The notes beneath the pieces were generated by a model. It searched no databases and had not been told where the DNA came from. It saw only the letters and a program-made list of their open reading frames with translations. From Mobula hypostoma (taxonomy: Eukaryota): 64,000 nt of DNA. Both the position numbers and the translations under genes were made by a program. Positions 37,850-49,999 of the stretch are shown one piece after another. The DNA lies in the NCBI RefSeq assembly GCF_963921235.1, contig NC_086118.1, positions 21,578,001 to 21,642,000 of the forward strand, written 5' to 3'. Numbering within the stretch: the stretch's first letter is position 1; each line of letters starts with the position of its first letter.

Positions 37850-40800
37850 GCTTAAGGCAAGGCAATATCTCCAGCTTGCTGACTGTCAGCACAGGTGTAC
37901 CTCAAGTAACACATGCTTAGTCTTCTGCACTGCTCTTTATATACACGTGACTGTGTGGCTAAGCATGTAATGACACCACTGGTTGTGGATGAATCACAGG
38001 TGGTGTTGAGTCAGCGTATATGATTGAGATAGGACACTCGATCGAATGGTGCCACAGAAAGAATTTCTTACTCAGGACCTTTGAAAATGAAGAGCTGATT
38101 ATTGACTTCAGGAAAAGGAAGGAGGGTAAATATGGGAGATCAGCTGTGGAGAAAGTCAGCAAGTTTAAATTCCTGGGCATTAAGATGTCTGATGACTTGT
38201 CCTGGGCTCAACACATGGCAAAACATGCCAGCATCCTCACTTTCTTAGGAGCTTAAGGAAGTTTGGCATGTCACTGAACAGTCTTTTACAGATGAATTCT
38301 GACTGGTTTCATTGTGTGTCTAGTACGTCAATTTGAATGCGTAGGCCTGTAAGAAGCTGTAGAGAACAATAGACTCAAACTCAAAGTCAAGTTTATTGTA
38401 TGCACAAGCGCAATGAAAAATGAATTTGCAGCAGCATCATGGTCACATGACATCATATAATTAGCATAAACAAGTGAAACATAAATATAAATTTATGTTT
38501 ATAAATATTACAAGAAAGAGCACAGTTTGAACAAAAACAACGAAGTCTGTTTTATTGCAAAGTGATCAAAGTCATCATAGTGATACTAAACCCTAGGTTT
38601 TGCTGGTTAGTTCAAGATTGGAATGGCTGAAGGGAAATAGTTGTCCTTGAACCTAGTCATGTGAGATTTCAGCTTTCTGCACCTTTTGCCTGTGGTAGAT
38701 GAGAGATGTGCCCCTGATGTATTTGGTGGAGCCCACTGCACTCTGCAGCTTCTTCTGTCTCGTGCATTTAAATTGTTGTACCATATATGATGCAACCAGT
38801 CAGGATACTTTCAAAAGCACATCTGTAAAAGTTTTTAAGAGTATTCAGTGACAAGCTGAACCTCTTTCATCGTCTAAGAAAATAAAGGCGTTGGTGCACT
38901 TTCCTTATGATTACAACTACCTGCTGGGCCCAGGACATGTTATGTTAGCACCCATGAATTTAAAGCTGCCCATTCTCTTCATGCCAATCCTCAACGTAGT
39001 GTGCATGTTCATTCTCCTTCCCTTTCTTGAAGTCAATAATCACCACTGCTATAGTCAAGAAAACACATTAATGACTCCACTTTCTGAGGAGTTGAGACAA
39101 GTGAGTCTCCCCAACACCATTTTAACAGTTTTTAGGGGAACACCGTTGAGAGTGTCCTGACCAGATGCATCACCGTCTCAGACAGGAATTGCAAGGCATC
39201 TGACCTGCAAAGGATTAATAGGACTGCTCAGAGATTCATCAGGATCTCTCTTCCAACCACCTGTGATATTTATGAAGACTGCCTCATAAATAGGGCACGT
39301 AACATTGTTGAGAATCCCTCCTAGCTGTCCCACAATCTCTTTGAGCCCCTGTCATAAGGTAGGAGGCACTTTTGCATTAGGACAGGGACTACTGGATGAG
39401 AAACAGCTTCTTCCACCAGACCAGTGAGACTACTGAACTCCCTGTCACCATCTAGATCTCATCACTTATGAAAAACCAGTACTGTTATACTGTTTGCTTT
39501 TTAACTTGTGTCGCAAATGCACCTTATGCTGAACATCAATCTTCTAGAATATATTTTATTATTTGTTAATTTATTAGTGGTTAAATTACTTCATAAGTTG
39601 TGTGTGAATTCTATGTACAGTGTTGTGCACCTTGGATTGAAAAAATGTTGTTTCGTTTGATGGTGCACACGTATACAGTTGAATCAGAATAACCTTGAAC
39701 TTGAGCTCTTTTGTTCTACTGCAGAGTGAGAGGTTATTGTTGCAACACCTCTCAACCAAGTGACCTATCTTGCTCCGGTAAGCTGACTCATCCTGCTGTG
39801 GTGTCATTGGTGAATTTGTACGAGGCGTTTGAGCTGTGTTATCTGCACAATTATTTGCGTCTAACGCCCTAGGTAAGATTTTTATTGCTATGCTGTGAGG
39901 TATTTTTATTTCAGTAGCTTCCTGTAAAAGTAATGTGTCCTGCTAGCAGAAATGTTTTTGCTTAGGCTAAAGTTAAGGAGCCATGTTGTCCAACTTAGGA
40001 ATGTGGTGTCAACTAATCGGGGTTGTTATGGTACATTTTGTAACTTTCTGCCTAGTAGAACATTGGAGAGTGTTGGGTGGGAGCAGATTTCTGAAGGACA
40101 GTAGTTTGGTTTGGGGTCTTTTTGGCAGGATGCAGAGTGGGATACAAGGGAAGATGCTGTAGAATGCCAGTTGAGGGAGAGTCCCCATTTTAAGGAGAGC
40201 TTTGAGCTGATGAATGGCTCCTAGGAGGAAGAGCTAATGTTTCTGAGAGAACCAGTTCATTCGAGATGTTCTTTGAGGGAAGTTCAGACTGTGGTAGGTG
40301 CTTTCACATAGACTGTGGGTTCCACGCTTGCGTAAAGTAATACACCCCCGACTACTCCAGAAATGAGCTCCAATGTCTATGTGCACATTGGGCTGGTTTA
40401 ACTGAAATATGCCCTTTTTACTTCTCTATTCTTTTTTTCTGTAACTGTAAACTGGTAAATAAATGTTTTTATAATTTTATGCCAATGTACGATCTGTTAA
40501 TTTTCCAGTGAATGATAACTTTGCATGGATATTTCCACAATATTCACTACAATCAATGTTCCTTAATCAGAACATCCCAACTTTCCTGTTTGGTTGAACT
40601 CCAAGTCATACTAACCCCACCATGTGGGGACATTGTTTATGAAAGGTGACCTTCTCACCGCTGAGTCACGTGGCTGTTGGCAGAGTTAGCTAATGAGCCA
40701 AGTTTCTATACAAGCCCTGTTGAGATTGTTACATGTGCATAGAGATTAGAGCAGGAACTAAGAATTCAGCCTTGAGGAGCACGTGTGTTGATGTTCAGCG

Positions 40801-41030
40801 AAGAGCTGTTCTTACCAATCCTCAGTGATGGAGGTATGCTGATGAGGAAGTAGAGTATCCAGTTGCAGATGGAAGTACAATGACCCAGGCTTTGAAGCTT
40901 GATTTTTTTTTTGGATGGGATGATTGTGTTGAATGTCAAACTGTAGTTAATGAACAGAAGCTGGATGTATGATTTCCTATCGTCCAACTAACCCAGGATA
41001 GATAGAAAAGCCAGAGAAATAGCATCTGAA
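37850..41030. mobile_element. Cluster of Rex1/Babar-like fragments in both orientations
   Basis: ELIIDFRK...VSKFKFLG (plus, 38020-38256); DESAYR..LVERCCNNNLSL (minus, about 39700-39810); YIQLLFINYSLTFNTIIPS...GAPQG-like (minus, 40766-40987); several ttgaa-repeat tails. Confidence 0.75.
39860..40733 (+). mobile_element. Probable solo LTR (about 870 bp)
   Basis: TCTAAC (degenerate TGTAAC)...GTTACA ends; 4-bp TSD TGCG/TGTG; AATAAA near 40456; interrupts a Rex1 RT segment. Confidence 0.6.
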
Positions 41031-42982
41031 ATGGCATCATTTCATAGCAGTACTCAGTCAGGACAGTGTGGAGAACTCATGTATTGAGGCGTTATAGATA
41101 GAAATGGGAAATAAGAAACCCTACGTTAATGGGGTTGTATTACAGACCGTCCAAATGTCCAAGGGATTTAGAGGTACAGATTTGTAGAGAGATTGCAGAC
41201 TGTTGCAAGAAACATAAGATTGTTATTGTAGGTGATTTTAACTTTCCACATATTGACTGGGACTCCCATACTGTTAACGGACTAGATAGGACAGAGCTTA
41301 TCGGACGTGTCCAGGAAAATTTCCTTAATAAGTACAACGAAGTCTCAATGAGAGAGTGTGGGATACTGGATCTGGTATTAGGGAATGAGATGGGGCAGGT
41401 GACTGACGTCTGTGTAGGGGAACACTTTGCATCTGGTGATCATAATGGCAGTAGTTTCAAAGTAAATATGCAAAAAGATTGATATGGTCGGCGGGCTGGA
41501 GAAAGGCCAATTTTGATGGCATCAGAAAGGATCTGGCAGGTGTGGATTGGGACAGGCTGTCCTCTAGCAAAGGTGTACTTGGCAAGTGGGAGGCCTTCAA
41601 AAGTGAAATTTTGAGAGTACAAAGCTTATATGTGCCTGTCAGAATAAGAAGCAAGGATAACAGGTTTAGGGAACCATAGTTTTCAAGAGATATTGAGATC
41701 TTGTTAAGGAAAAATAGGAGGTGTACAGCAGGTAAAGGTAGGCAGGAACTATTGAGGTGCTTATGGAGTATAAGAAATGCTAGACAACACTTAAGAAAGA
41801 AATCAAGAAGGCTAAAAGAAGGCATGAAGTCACTCTAGCAGACAAGGTGAAGGAGAATCCTAAGGGATTCTACAGGTACGTTAAGAGCAAAAGGATTGCT
41901 ACGGACAAAATTGGTCCTCTGGAAGACCAGAACGGTAATTCATGTGTGGAGTCAAAACAGATGGGGGAGATCTTAAATGTATCTTTTGCATCAGTATTTA
42001 CTTTGGAGATGGATAATGAGTCAATAGAAGTGAGGCAAAGTGGCATCAACTTCATGCACCTTGTACAGAATGTAGAGGAGGAGGTGTTTGCTACCCTGAG
42101 GAAAATCAGGGTGATTAAATCCCCAGGGCCCGACAATATGTTCCCTCAGACCCTATGGGAGGCAAGTGCAGAAATTATTGGGGCCCTAGCAGAGATATTT
42201 GAAACATTCTTAGCGACAAGAGTGGTACCAGAGGATTGAAGGTTAGCCAATGTTGTTCCACTGTTTAAAAAAAGGCTCTAATCAGAAACTAGGAAAGTAT
42301 AGGCCGGTGAGTCTGACACCAGTTGCGGGAAAGTTATTGGAAAGTACTCTATGGGACCGATATATAAGTATTTAGATAGACATGGACTGATTAAGGAGAG
42401 TAAGTATGGATTCGTGCATGGTAGGTCATGTTTGACCCGTCTTATGGAGTTTTTTTGAGGAAGTTAGCAGGAAAGTAGATGAAGGCATCAGCTGGAAAAA
42501 CGGACTGAAAAATGGCAGATGGAATTTAATGCAGACAATTGCGAGGTAGTGTACTTTGGTAGTATCAACCAGGGTAGGTCTTACAGAGTGGGGCACTCAG
42601 GAGGGTAGTAGAACCAAGTGATTTGGGAAATCAAGCCCTTAATTCATTGAAAGGGGTGGCGCAGGTAGATAGGGTCATAAAGTGTTCGGCACATTGGCCT
42701 GATTGATCAAAGTATTGAGTACAGGAGTTGGGATGTTATGTTGAAGTTGTATAAGACATTGGTGAGATGTAATTTGGAGTATTGTGTGCAGTTTTGGTCA
42801 CCTACCTACAAGAAAGATGTAAATAAGGTTGAAAGAGTACAGAGAAAGTTTACAAGGATGTTGCAGTGTCTGGAGGACCTGAATTATAAGGAAAGATCCA
42901 ATGGGTTAGGACTTTATTCCTTGGAAAGCAGAAGATTGAGGGGAGATTTGATGCAGGCATACAACATTATGAGGGCATAGAT
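41030..42982 (+). mobile_element. CR1 LINE ORF2 (APE to RT, decayed); continues at 49078-49410
   Basis: GLYYRP...IVIVGDFNFPHIDW, KENPKGFYRYVKSKR, KSPGPD, LYKTLVRCNLEYCVQFWSP. Confidence 0.92.
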
Positions 42983-43176
42983 TGTTAATGCTCAAATAAC
43001 AAAGACAAGATTTTCTTTCGTTTAAACAACTTGACTTTCTCTGTTTACATTCAGTAGACAAGGGCTGCCGTCTTCTTACCCACAATTCCCCTTAACCCCT
43101 CACATGCATGCCCATAACAGGGCAAGTTCACAACCCAACTAAATGCTTACATAGCCCGAATGAACAGGACTCAACA
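42983..43176 (-). repeat. Copia 3' LTR
   Basis: TGTT...AACA ends; direct repeat of 48902-49077; adjacent purine tract on the minus strand. Confidence 0.88.
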
Positions 43177-43315
43177 AGCTCCCATCTTTTTTATGTATGT
43201 ATGCAAAAAAAAGTCCATTGGTTTAGATGTATTACTTTTATCTCTAGTCGTTAGACCTAATAAATTTCGTATGATATCCTATTCCCTCACTTAGTGCTTC
43301 ACAGTACTAAAAAAG

Positions 43316-43321
<6 letters not shown>

Positions 43322-43357
<36 letters not shown>
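43322..43357. repeat. (TA)n microsatellite
   Basis: Direct read. Confidence 0.95.
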
Positions 43358-43363
<6 letters not shown>

Positions 43364-44177
43364 AATGTACTTTAGGATATGAGGATTTGTTCCAACCCTT
43401 GATGGGGACACAGTTGTTAAGGTACCAAATGCCTTCACTAAGTGACTTCAGCAGCACAAGAGCTGGTGCCTCCTTCTTTGTGAGACAGTCGGCTAGTTAC
43501 TCCTTTGTAGTTGACCATAGCACTTGTTGAATTTTCTATGCTTGGACGAATTCCTTGATGCTGTTTATTCCTTCTCTGTAATTGACTTAGTGTATTTGTT
43601 GGCATCAACCAAAGCTTAGCTGTCTGTGACACAAGTTATTTGTAGAATCTTCATCTTTGGTTCACCATGAACTAGCTCAGTATAAGAGTGCGTCAGATAA
43701 ACAGCGTTGTCAGTACCATCAGACATTGCATTGGTTTCTCTGGCCAGTGTACTATCTACAACTCTTCAGATTTTGATTGCCAACAGAAAGGTGAAATCTT
43801 CCCTCCTCTCCCTTCAGAACAATAAAATATCCCCTCGAGTCCCTCCATCAGGGAAATATCCAAGTGAGGCATCAAGCCTCAGCGAGCCATCTTTTCCAAG
43901 TAGTTGAAACTTCAAAACTACTTTTTTCAGATTGAATTCTACGCACGATCTTGTTTGCCTCATGTAAAGTTTGTTCTGTGGCACGTTTTCTGCTGGATGC
44001 CAAGTTGCAGGCATCAGGTCTGCTCTGTCGTACCACCTATAGAATCTGACCTGTCTTTGATATAAGTTGCTCGGCTTCAGCCTCACTGAGGGGTGCATCC
44101 TGCTGTCTGGCACGTGAGGATTCCATGATGATTGTCTAAAGATTCCTGGTGTAGCTTTTTTGGTGCAGTTATACTGT

Positions 44178-44740
44178 TGTTGTTTTTCGTCCATCGTCAA
44201 CATCGATGAGGACTTCAACACCAGATGGTGTCAAGACTAGCGTGTGATTTGGATTTAAGTGAGGGAGAGTTGCGCAGCGTCAGCCTCACTCTCTCTTCCC
44301 AATTCCCATCTGGATCCAGTGGCAAGACAGAGTCGAGACGGCTGGAGATGGGACTAGACGCAGTGGATGACCAGGACATCTTCTGTGTCTTGTCCTGCTC
44401 TACACGTTCCACGACGCCTGCAGAAACCACCTTCTTGACCGTTGGACCTTCCATTGGTCTCATCGGCTCAATCCGCCGGAGTCTGTCTTCATGTGCTGGG
44501 ATAGACAACTCCCTATCACACCGAGGGTTTGAGACCCGTCGGCTACCCTCATCTGGTTTAGCCGGCTTGTCGAAGCCATTGCCCGGGGTGTGACCGCTGT
44601 CGCATGCAAACAGCTACGCGGAGGCACAGGTGAGAGCTGAATGCCAGGTGGGGACCAAAGGTGAGCTAACCCTCTTGAAAAGGACACGACATGTTCCCCC
44701 ACCAGAGGTGCTACCCCTCCCTGACACCCCATACACCCCA
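44178..44740 (-). mobile_element. Short non-autonomous RTE-like retroposon nested in the Copia RT
   Basis: Perfect 11-bp TSD AGTTATACTGT (44167-44177, 44741-44751); (CAA)n-like 3' tail; no RT ORF. Confidence 0.8.
44546..44739 (-). ncRNA. Candidate HDV-like self-cleaving ribozyme
   Basis: P1 GGGGTGT/ACACCCC, then GGGCAA, P4 TGGCTT-cgac-AAGCCG, J4/2 GCTAA, and P2 CTCTCACCTG/CAGATGAGGG. Confidence 0.6.
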
Positions 44741-45356
44741 AGTTATACTGTACTGTCAACAGCAAGGATGTCTATCTCTATGTAGCAGAATCTGTCATGT
44801 TTCTTGCACCCAACCTGAAGGGCTAACTTTAGCTGAAGGATGATAGTTGTGGCAAAGTATTGTGAGCCTCCCCTTATGAATTCATCTACATGACAGGCAA
44901 GTACTTCAATCACTTGACATTTTAAATCTTGCCAGTAAAAAACAGCTGGATCCACTTCTGACATCTTTCCACCAGTTTTCAATATTATTTCCTTGAATTT
45001 TTATAGCAGAGGAGTAATGCATTTGCTAGACCATACACACACCTTTTGAGTTTCCTGTGTTCCTTCACTTCTGGCTTCAGGTGGGGTTTTAATGTAAGTG
45101 TCACGTGACAGCTCGATTCCCTGTAAGAATGCAGATTTTATGGCTCTGCAATGGGGTTGCCAATGCCTTTAACACCACTGTGAGAAATAGTCGGAGAGAC
45201 TCTGATGCTCATGTTGGTGAGTCCTTTTGGAGTTCTTTTATGTTCAGTTCCTCAAAACCTCTAGCGACCAGGTGTGCTTTTGGTGTAATTCCTGTTGGGG
45301 TTTCTTTCAGTCTGCACATATACCTTGTATTTTGACCAATGTCTCTGACTTTTTTT

Positions 45357-45965
45357 TAGATTATGAAGACATGCAGTCCTCTTTTATTGTCATTTAGTAA
45401 TGCATGCATTAAGAAATGATACAATATTTCCTCCGGTGTGATATCACAAAACACAGGACAGACCAAGACTGAAAAAAACTAACAAAACCACATAATTATA
45501 ACATATAGTTACAACAGGGCAACAATACCATAACTTGATGAAGAAGTCCATGAGCACAGTAAAAGTTCAAAGTCACTCATATGTCCCACATCTCACGCAG
45601 ACGGGAGAAGGAAGAAAAACTCTCCCTGCCATACCCGACCACAGTCCGACTCTGAGTCATCCGAAAACTTCGAGCTCTGATCAGCTCTCCGACACCAAGT
45701 ACTGAGCGCCATCTCTATCCCAGCGATTCGACCTCCGTCTCGGTTGCCAACAGCAGGCAAAGCCGGGGATTTTGAGGCCTTCCCTCCGAAAGATTCCCCA
45801 CCGCGCAGTAACGACAGCAGCAAACGAGCGTTACAGAAATTTTTCCAGATGTTCCTCTGTGCTTTCATGTCCCACACCATCAAATCAGAATTGTCCACGG
45901 CCCCTATTTAACGGATACGATATCATTTTTCACCGGAGGGCCGCGCTTTCTCTCCTCCCTCCGAG
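45357..45965 (-). mobile_element. Non-autonomous retroposon (family of 26808-27483) nested in the Copia
   Basis: Reverse-complement homology to 26808-27483; flanking tgacttt repeats at 45346 and 45966. Confidence 0.75.
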
Positions 45966-47093
45966 TGACTTTCTCAAAACTCTATTAATTCTCCAACTAT
46001 TGATTTCATCCTGTTTGGTAGATTCAAACCACACCTCCTTAGTTACTAGGACATCTTCATCTTGACATTTCTCAGATGATTCAGCCTGATCTATACTTGG
46101 TTCAATGTGAAGTCTGTCTACACATGACATATTAACTGACCCTGCAGTGCCAGCAACCATGGCTGGTTCGAGGTAATTCAAGTTGTGCCAACTTTCGTTT
46201 CTCCCAGTGGCTTTGCCTTCTCCTCCTAAGACTTCAGCTTAGTATGAGATATCAGTGTCCTGGTCTACAGATCTTACAGCTTGTCCTGTTTTAAGACTGA
46301 AACTTGCATGTTGTCTTTGCACTTGTGATGATTTCTGTTCAAGCAAGTCTATTGAGTCCCCAACTGCACTCTCTTCAGCACAGTCTGTGCCACTGTTTAG
46401 CAATTCTGCTGGGTCCTCAGCTGTACTCTCCTCAGCACTGTCTGTGCTATGTGACACTGTATCAGTTAAGTGCTATTAATTTTTTGTGTCATTCTGCATG
46501 GAGTTCTGATTGTCTTTAGATCGTGCTTTATGTAGTTTGGAATGATGCTCTCTCACAAATGTATCTCCAAGTCTCATGAATATCAGATCTCTGTCCTGAC
46601 CAATGACAACTCCAGGACCTTTCAAGTCTGTACAGCCTGCTCCTTTGTAATACACGTTGTCCCTTGGCTCATGTTTCTCATCTGTAGGATGGAGCTTGCC
46701 CTCACTGCTCTTCAAATTCCCTCTGAACACTGTTTCAATAAAAGCCTTCGTTGTTGCATGCAGTGCTGAAATATGTTTCCCAACCCACTCACTCCATGTA
46801 GTGCCATCTAGAGCAGGTGGGCACCACAACCAGTACAGAGGGGAGGTTTGGATTCTGGCTGAACACAAGTTGAGATGAGCTATAGGCATGTACACTGTGC
46901 ATGGTATCCTTCACCACAGGGGCTCAGCGCAGGGCTGGGTTCCAATTGCAGCCATTGCTTTTCTTTACCTTCAGCATTATTTCAGTAAGCGTTTGATTGT
47001 GTCACTCCAGAAGTCCATTACACCAAAGATGTATGCTGCTGTTGTCTTTGATACAGTGTTAAAGTTCTCTGCCATATCTCTGCATTCATCATT

Positions 47094-47352
47094 TTTTTTT
47101 GGCGTGTGCCTACGTGCGAGTCTGTGCGTGCACGTCCGTGCATGTGCATGCGTGCGTGATGATATCTTCTTCATGGCTTTTTACAAGGTGTGTGGAATGA
47201 GAGAGAGACACTCACAGTATTTTCCCTTTGTTTTACGAGGCTCGACACTCAACCCAGTGTGGATGGAAGGCGTACTCGGGAGTGGACCCGACTGGTTTCG
47301 AACCCGGGAACCCCCGGGTCTAGTGCTGATGTCATTGCGCCACCAGCCGGCC
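47094..47352 (-). mobile_element. tRNA-derived SINE nested in the Copia integrase
   Basis: Minus strand GGCCGGC-TGGTGGCGCAATG (A box), GGTTCGAAACC (B box), poly(A) tail; 14-bp TSD ctgcattcatcatt / ctgaattcatcatt. Confidence 0.88.
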
Positions 47353-48882
47353 CTGAATTCATCATTGTTAAATTTGCCATCATTATCACTGAATACTTTC
47401 TGAGGTAGGCCATGCACACTTATCAGGGATGGATGAAGATGTTTACAGTTCCCGAGGATCTCTTTGTGTTTACAGTGCTACTGGCACTGAACATGTGAAC
47501 ATGTCAATGATATGGAGATACCACACTCCTTGCTCCAGTTTCTATAGGTCTATGGCTACTGTTTCATTGTATTCAGATGCTAGTGGCATCCAAACTTCCA
47601 GCATGTCTGACAGCTGTCAATTATCGGCTTTAGATTGGAAAAACAGTCTGCATCTCTGTTCCCTGAGCTCCTGAAGCTTATCATTCAAAGTGTGTTCAAA
47701 CTGCTAGTGAAGTGAGAGCAACGTTTTGCACTTCTAATCTTCTAATCATTCTCACACTGATTCTCAATAATGAATTTATATAGAATCTCCAGAGCTGGTG
47801 AGCTCAAGGGACACAGGCTGCTGAAACATTGTTGTTTGGTCATTCTCCATCTCCAGTACATACTGCTCCCACTTTCTTTAGGAAAGTTTTACTCGAGAGT
47901 AATGGAATGTTCACTAGTACCACCTCCGTATCAATGTAACATTTTGTCTGCCCTATTTTTGCAGGAATTTTCACTCTTTTGGTAGAATGTGCAATCTTTC
48001 CATCTCCAAATGTGAATGCTTTGTAGCTGTGTGTATCTGTGTTCACCAGTTTATGCATTTCATTCTGGTTTCGTTCACTTACATAGCTTTCAAGCCATTT
48101 TTTCCCCCACACGCTGTGCATGTGCATGCTGTATCAATAACAGCAGATTTACATCTTCAGAATTCTTATTTGCTTCAGTTAGCTTAACTAGTTTGGTTCT
48201 GTGTGGACAGTATTTTGCTCAATGGTGAGTACTTTGACATGCCACACATTTTGATCTCATGCCATACTTGTTTAGTGGATTTATGCCAGGTAATGTTACC
48301 ATCATCTGCGTACTTTGGGACTTACGCTTGCTACACTCTCATTTCTGCTCAATGAATTATGCTGTTTCCTGATTCAAACTAATTCTTGGTGGCCCTTTCT
48401 CTTCTTCAGTGCTGATTTCATCGATGTGAATGTAGGTTCTGCACATACAGCTAATGCTAGCTGTCAGTTCTTTATGTCTAGACACATAAAGGATGAGACT
48501 AACACTGCATCAGGAAATTCCAGTTTGTTTCTACACATGCAATCATACTTTTATTCAAAACTAAAAATATAATCAGCTAGATTTCTGGAACTGTCTCTGG
48601 AAATTTTGTCAAAGTCTGAATATGCCTCATAAATCCAATCCTTTTCCTTCAAAAAAACTGAGTCAAGTGCATTGATTAGCACATCCATATCATGATCTTT
48701 GTTCAATTCTTCCACCGAAATTCCCATTGTGGTCTCTCTCACTCTTCCCAAAAACGACAGTACAACTGCAAGGGCTCGCTTCTTTGCCTTGAACTGCATA
48801 ACCCAAGTCCATATTCCAATGTCCGTTTTCCAACTTTTGTAAAACTTGCTCTTGTTGATTGCCTGTTGGATTTATAGTTGAT

Positions 48883-48900
48883 AACCATTCTCTGCTACTG
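48883..48900 (-). promoter_or_regulatory. Primer-binding site complementary to initiator tRNA-Met
   Basis: Minus strand CAGTAGCAGAGAATGGTT versus TGGTAGCAGAGGATGGTT (15/18 match), 1 nt inside the 5' LTR boundary. Confidence 0.8.
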
Positions 48901-48901
48901 C

Positions 48902-49077
48902 TATTAATACTAAAACAACAAAGACGAGATTTTCTTTCATTTGAACAACTTTACTTTCTCTTTTCACGTTAGGTACACAAGGGCTGCCATTTTCTTACCC
49001 ACAATTCCCCTAACCCCCTTGCGCATATGCCCATCTCACCTAAATGCTTCCATTGCTGAAATGAACAGAACTCAGCA
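48902..49077 (-). repeat. Copia 5' LTR
   Basis: Direct repeat of 42983-43176 with degenerate termini. Confidence 0.85.
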
Positions 49078-49410
49078 AAGGGTAAATGCAAGCAGGCTTT
49101 TTCCCACTGAGGATGGGTGGGACTACAACCAGAGGTCACAAGTTAAGGGTGAAAGGTGAAAAGTTTAAGGGGAACATGTGGGGAAACTTCTTCACTCGTG
49201 AGAGTGTGGAACGAGCTGCTGGCAGAAGTGGAGCATGCAAGCTCGATTTCAATGTTTAAGAGAAGTTTGAGTAGGTACATGGATGGTAGGGGTATGAATG
49301 ACTAAGCTCTGGGTGCTGATCGATGGGAGTAGGCAGTTTAAATGGTTTGGTATGGACTAGATGGGCCAAAGGGCCTGTTTCTGTGCTGTACTTTTCTATG
49401 ACTCTATCTG
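49078..49410 (+). mobile_element. 3' end of the CR1 begun at 41030
   Basis: agggtaaatgcaagcaggctttttcccactgagg...tttctatgactcta continues the CR1 split by the Copia. Confidence 0.9.
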
Positions 49411-49999
49411 CTGTTATAGTGTTAGGCAGATCGAAGTGGAAGACTCAGCACAATATGGACACACCCATCCCCAACATCAGAGGTATCTACAGGAGGCATT
49501 GCCTCAGGGAAGTACATCCATCATCAAAGATCCCTAACATCTAGGCCATGCCATCTTCTTGCAGCTACCTTCGGGCAGGTGGTACAGAAGCCTGAAGTCC
49601 CAAACTACCTGATTCAAGATCATCTACAGTACACACTGCGGCAAAAAGTCATGGTGGTAGAACTTTGTCCTTGGCTACATCATCTAACATTAGCAGTATT
49701 GTCTTGTGAACCTCAAATATGTTTGTGGTTAAGCTAACGAGACTCAATTTCAGACGTAGGCTGCAATGTGAAAAGCTACTAAGTTTCAAAACTTTTCCCC
49801 AAGGCCAACTAGAGTGAAAAGCAAGGGAAAACCCTGACTGAAAGAAAAGTCAGCTCACAAAAGAACAACCCTGTATGGTGTAACAGTCAGTTGGAATGTT
49901 GTTCTCTGATCTTTTGTCTCAAGTGGTTTTGGGCTTCTGATGTGTTGAACTTTCAGTATAATGAATCATTCCATCTGGCAAAAATTCAGTTTATTGACA

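Larger units (their letters stand above)
42983..49077 (-). mobile_element. Full-length decayed Ty1/Copia LTR retrotransposon, GalEa-like
   Basis: Paired LTRs of about 190 bp (42983-43176, 48902-49077), PBS at 48883-48900 and PPT at 43177-43192. Domain order is gag, protease (FTFGDG...IPLL), integrase (FSDNDGKFNN), RT (DPAVF...CHVDEF), RNase H. Confidence 0.88.
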
